DNA from: Oopsacas minuta
Taxonomy: Eukaryota; Animalia; Porifera
Reading direction: 5' to 3'
Length of the DNA: 64,000 nt
Assembly (NCBI GenBank): GCA_024704765.1
Contig: JAKMXF010000024.1
Span: forward strand, 1-64,000
Shown here: positions 63,701 to 64,000 of the stretch, in pieces
Layout of the letters: each line of letters opens with the position of its first letter
How positions within the stretch are numbered: the first letter of the stretch is position 1
The notes under the pieces: generated by a model
Seen by the model: the letters and a program-made list of their open reading frames with translations, nothing else
Database searches by the model: none
What the model was told of the DNA's origin: nothing
Translations under genes and position numbers: made by a program

Positions 63701-63749
63701 TCATAGATATAGAGGTGGTGGTTTTCGCGGTAGAAGAACTTATTATTAG
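54783..63749 (+). CDS. DHX9: ATP-dependent RNA helicase A, 11 exons, ~1224 aa
   Basis: Exons 54783-55133, 55627-55833, 56957-57143, 58707-58804, 59175-59414, 59670-59955, 60241-60623, 61069-61523, 61660-61881, 62227-62686 and 62964-63749; phase-consistent (3675 nt). Two N-terminal dsRBDs, [40 protein letters not shown]2/OB-fold region and an RGG-rich tail. Confidence 0.93.
56087..56434 (-). CDS. C20orf85/CIMIP1-like small ciliary protein (115 aa), intronless, nested antisense in DHX9 intron 2
   Basis: [30 protein letters not shown] resembles the QDxIW...E....W...WGFL motif of C20orf85/C2orf50. PETTSG and the C-terminal WPPEAIQ parallel C20orf85. Recognised from memory, not searched. Confidence 0.75.
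   Translation of the reverse strand: MSSKSTILKCNFVNQDKIWRDHVKLELKSQKQWDNDWGFLRAQKEDEKNHESGKTGEADKIDKNTERKYPETTSGKMAYKMKELPTYELEMRYGKPAKGKGGLNKLLGWPPEAIQ
57195..57870 (-). mobile_element. Fossil mariner transposase (DHX9 intron 3), internally deleted and interrupted by a MITE
   Basis: Removing the MITE leaves fragments [28 protein letters not shown] (the mariner RIVTGDExW catalytic block) and [13 protein letters not shown] (mariner C-terminal GIxKLPERWxKC). Many stops and frameshifts. Confidence 0.75.
57501..57629. mobile_element. Tc1/pogo-type MITE, family A, inserted into the fossil mariner
   Basis: TIRs CGGTGGAACTCAGACAATACGTAC ... GTACGTCTTATCTGAGTTCCACTG, with a TA duplication on both sides. 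Confidence 0.88.
58826..58981. mobile_element. Tc1/pogo-type MITE (DHX9 intron 4)
   Basis: TIRs CAGTTAACATCCCGTAACTC ... GAGTTAGCGGATGTTGACTG followed by TA; internal TTCGAG repeats. Confidence 0.75.
59997..60118 (+). mobile_element. Tc1/pogo-type MITE, family A (DHX9 intron 6)
   Basis: TA-CAGTAGAACTCGGAT ... TTTTGTTTCCTGAAGAGATACGTCTTAT ... CTG-TA. Confidence 0.65.
60781..60849 (+). mobile_element. Short Tc1/pogo-type MITE, family A-like (DHX9 intron 7)
   Basis: TAGTAGAACTCGGATGAGAC ... CCGAGTTATACTG-TA. Confidence 0.55.
61999..62165 (+). mobile_element. Tc1/pogo-type MITE, family B (DHX9 intron 9)
   Basis: TA-CAGTCAATTCCCGTTTTATCGAAGCTCAAGGGACCGCG ... TTCGATTTAACGGGAGTTGA, forming an inverted-repeat pair. 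Confidence 0.75.
62756..62852 (+). mobile_element. Degenerate Tc1/pogo-type MITE, family A (DHX9 intron 10)
   Basis: ATAAGACGTAC, AGTTAGTACGT, TTTTGTTTC and GTCTTATCTGAGTTATACT are shared with the other family A copies. Confidence 0.55.
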
Positions 63750-64000
63750 CTCATTCATATTTTTGTACATAGTATTTAACATAGAGAAATCAGAACCTTA
63801 TTTCGCTAGTTAACCAGCTAAATAATGTTCTGGTTCTTCTATATAGAATTTGTATTAGTATTTTCTAAATTGTATTTTGCGATTGAGCTTTTGATACAAG
63901 CTGTCTTTTATATTAATAAGAGCGGTTTCTGATCGGTATTAACGTTTCTCTTTGTGAAGAAATTGAATGAATTTAAAGTTAATAATTCTTCGAGAAGAGA

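Noticed and set aside
1-64000. CRISPR arrays, prokaryotic operons or defence systems, tRNA/rRNA genes, U12-type introns, non-standard genetic code
   Set aside because: No spaced direct repeats, T-loop/cloverleaf or rRNA motifs were seen. All reconstructed introns are GT-AG with U2-type donors, and all genes translate with the standard code.

Overview
AT-rich eukaryotic genomic DNA (roughly 30% GC by eye). It is animal: it carries a cadherin repeat, a receptor tyrosine kinase and an LRR/EGF receptor. The mix of compact, mostly intronless genes and genes nested in introns suggests a sponge, possibly a glass sponge (Hexactinellida); this is inference only. I reconstructed four spliced genes by hand, and all their GT-AG introns are phase-consistent: an F-box/LRR gene (7 exons, 615 aa), FANCM (11 exons, 1705 aa), POLR1A/RPA1 (5 exons, 1712 aa) and DHX9 (11 exons, 1224 aa). 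Nine intronless ORFs look real: a PAK-like kinase without a CRIB domain, ZCWPW1/2-like, a 2-TM PY-motif protein, PHYHD1, TTC16, ADAP/centaurin-alpha-like, an EGF-RTK, an LRR-cbEGF-TM receptor and a C20orf85/CIMIP1-like protein. FANCM, POLR1A and DHX9 run head-to-tail on the + strand and each hosts an intronless gene in an intron; the RTK lies on the same strand as its host. Most start codons have an acceptor-like TAG just upstream, which would fit spliced-leader trans-splicing. Introns are full of Tc1/pogo-type, hAT and PIF/Harbinger MITEs plus a fossil mariner. The first ~17 kb is gene-poor, with decayed cadherin/Ig fragments, a miRNA-like hairpin and a structured GC-rich island with U1 snRNA-like landmarks. 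I found no prokaryotic systems, CRISPR arrays, tRNA or rRNA genes.
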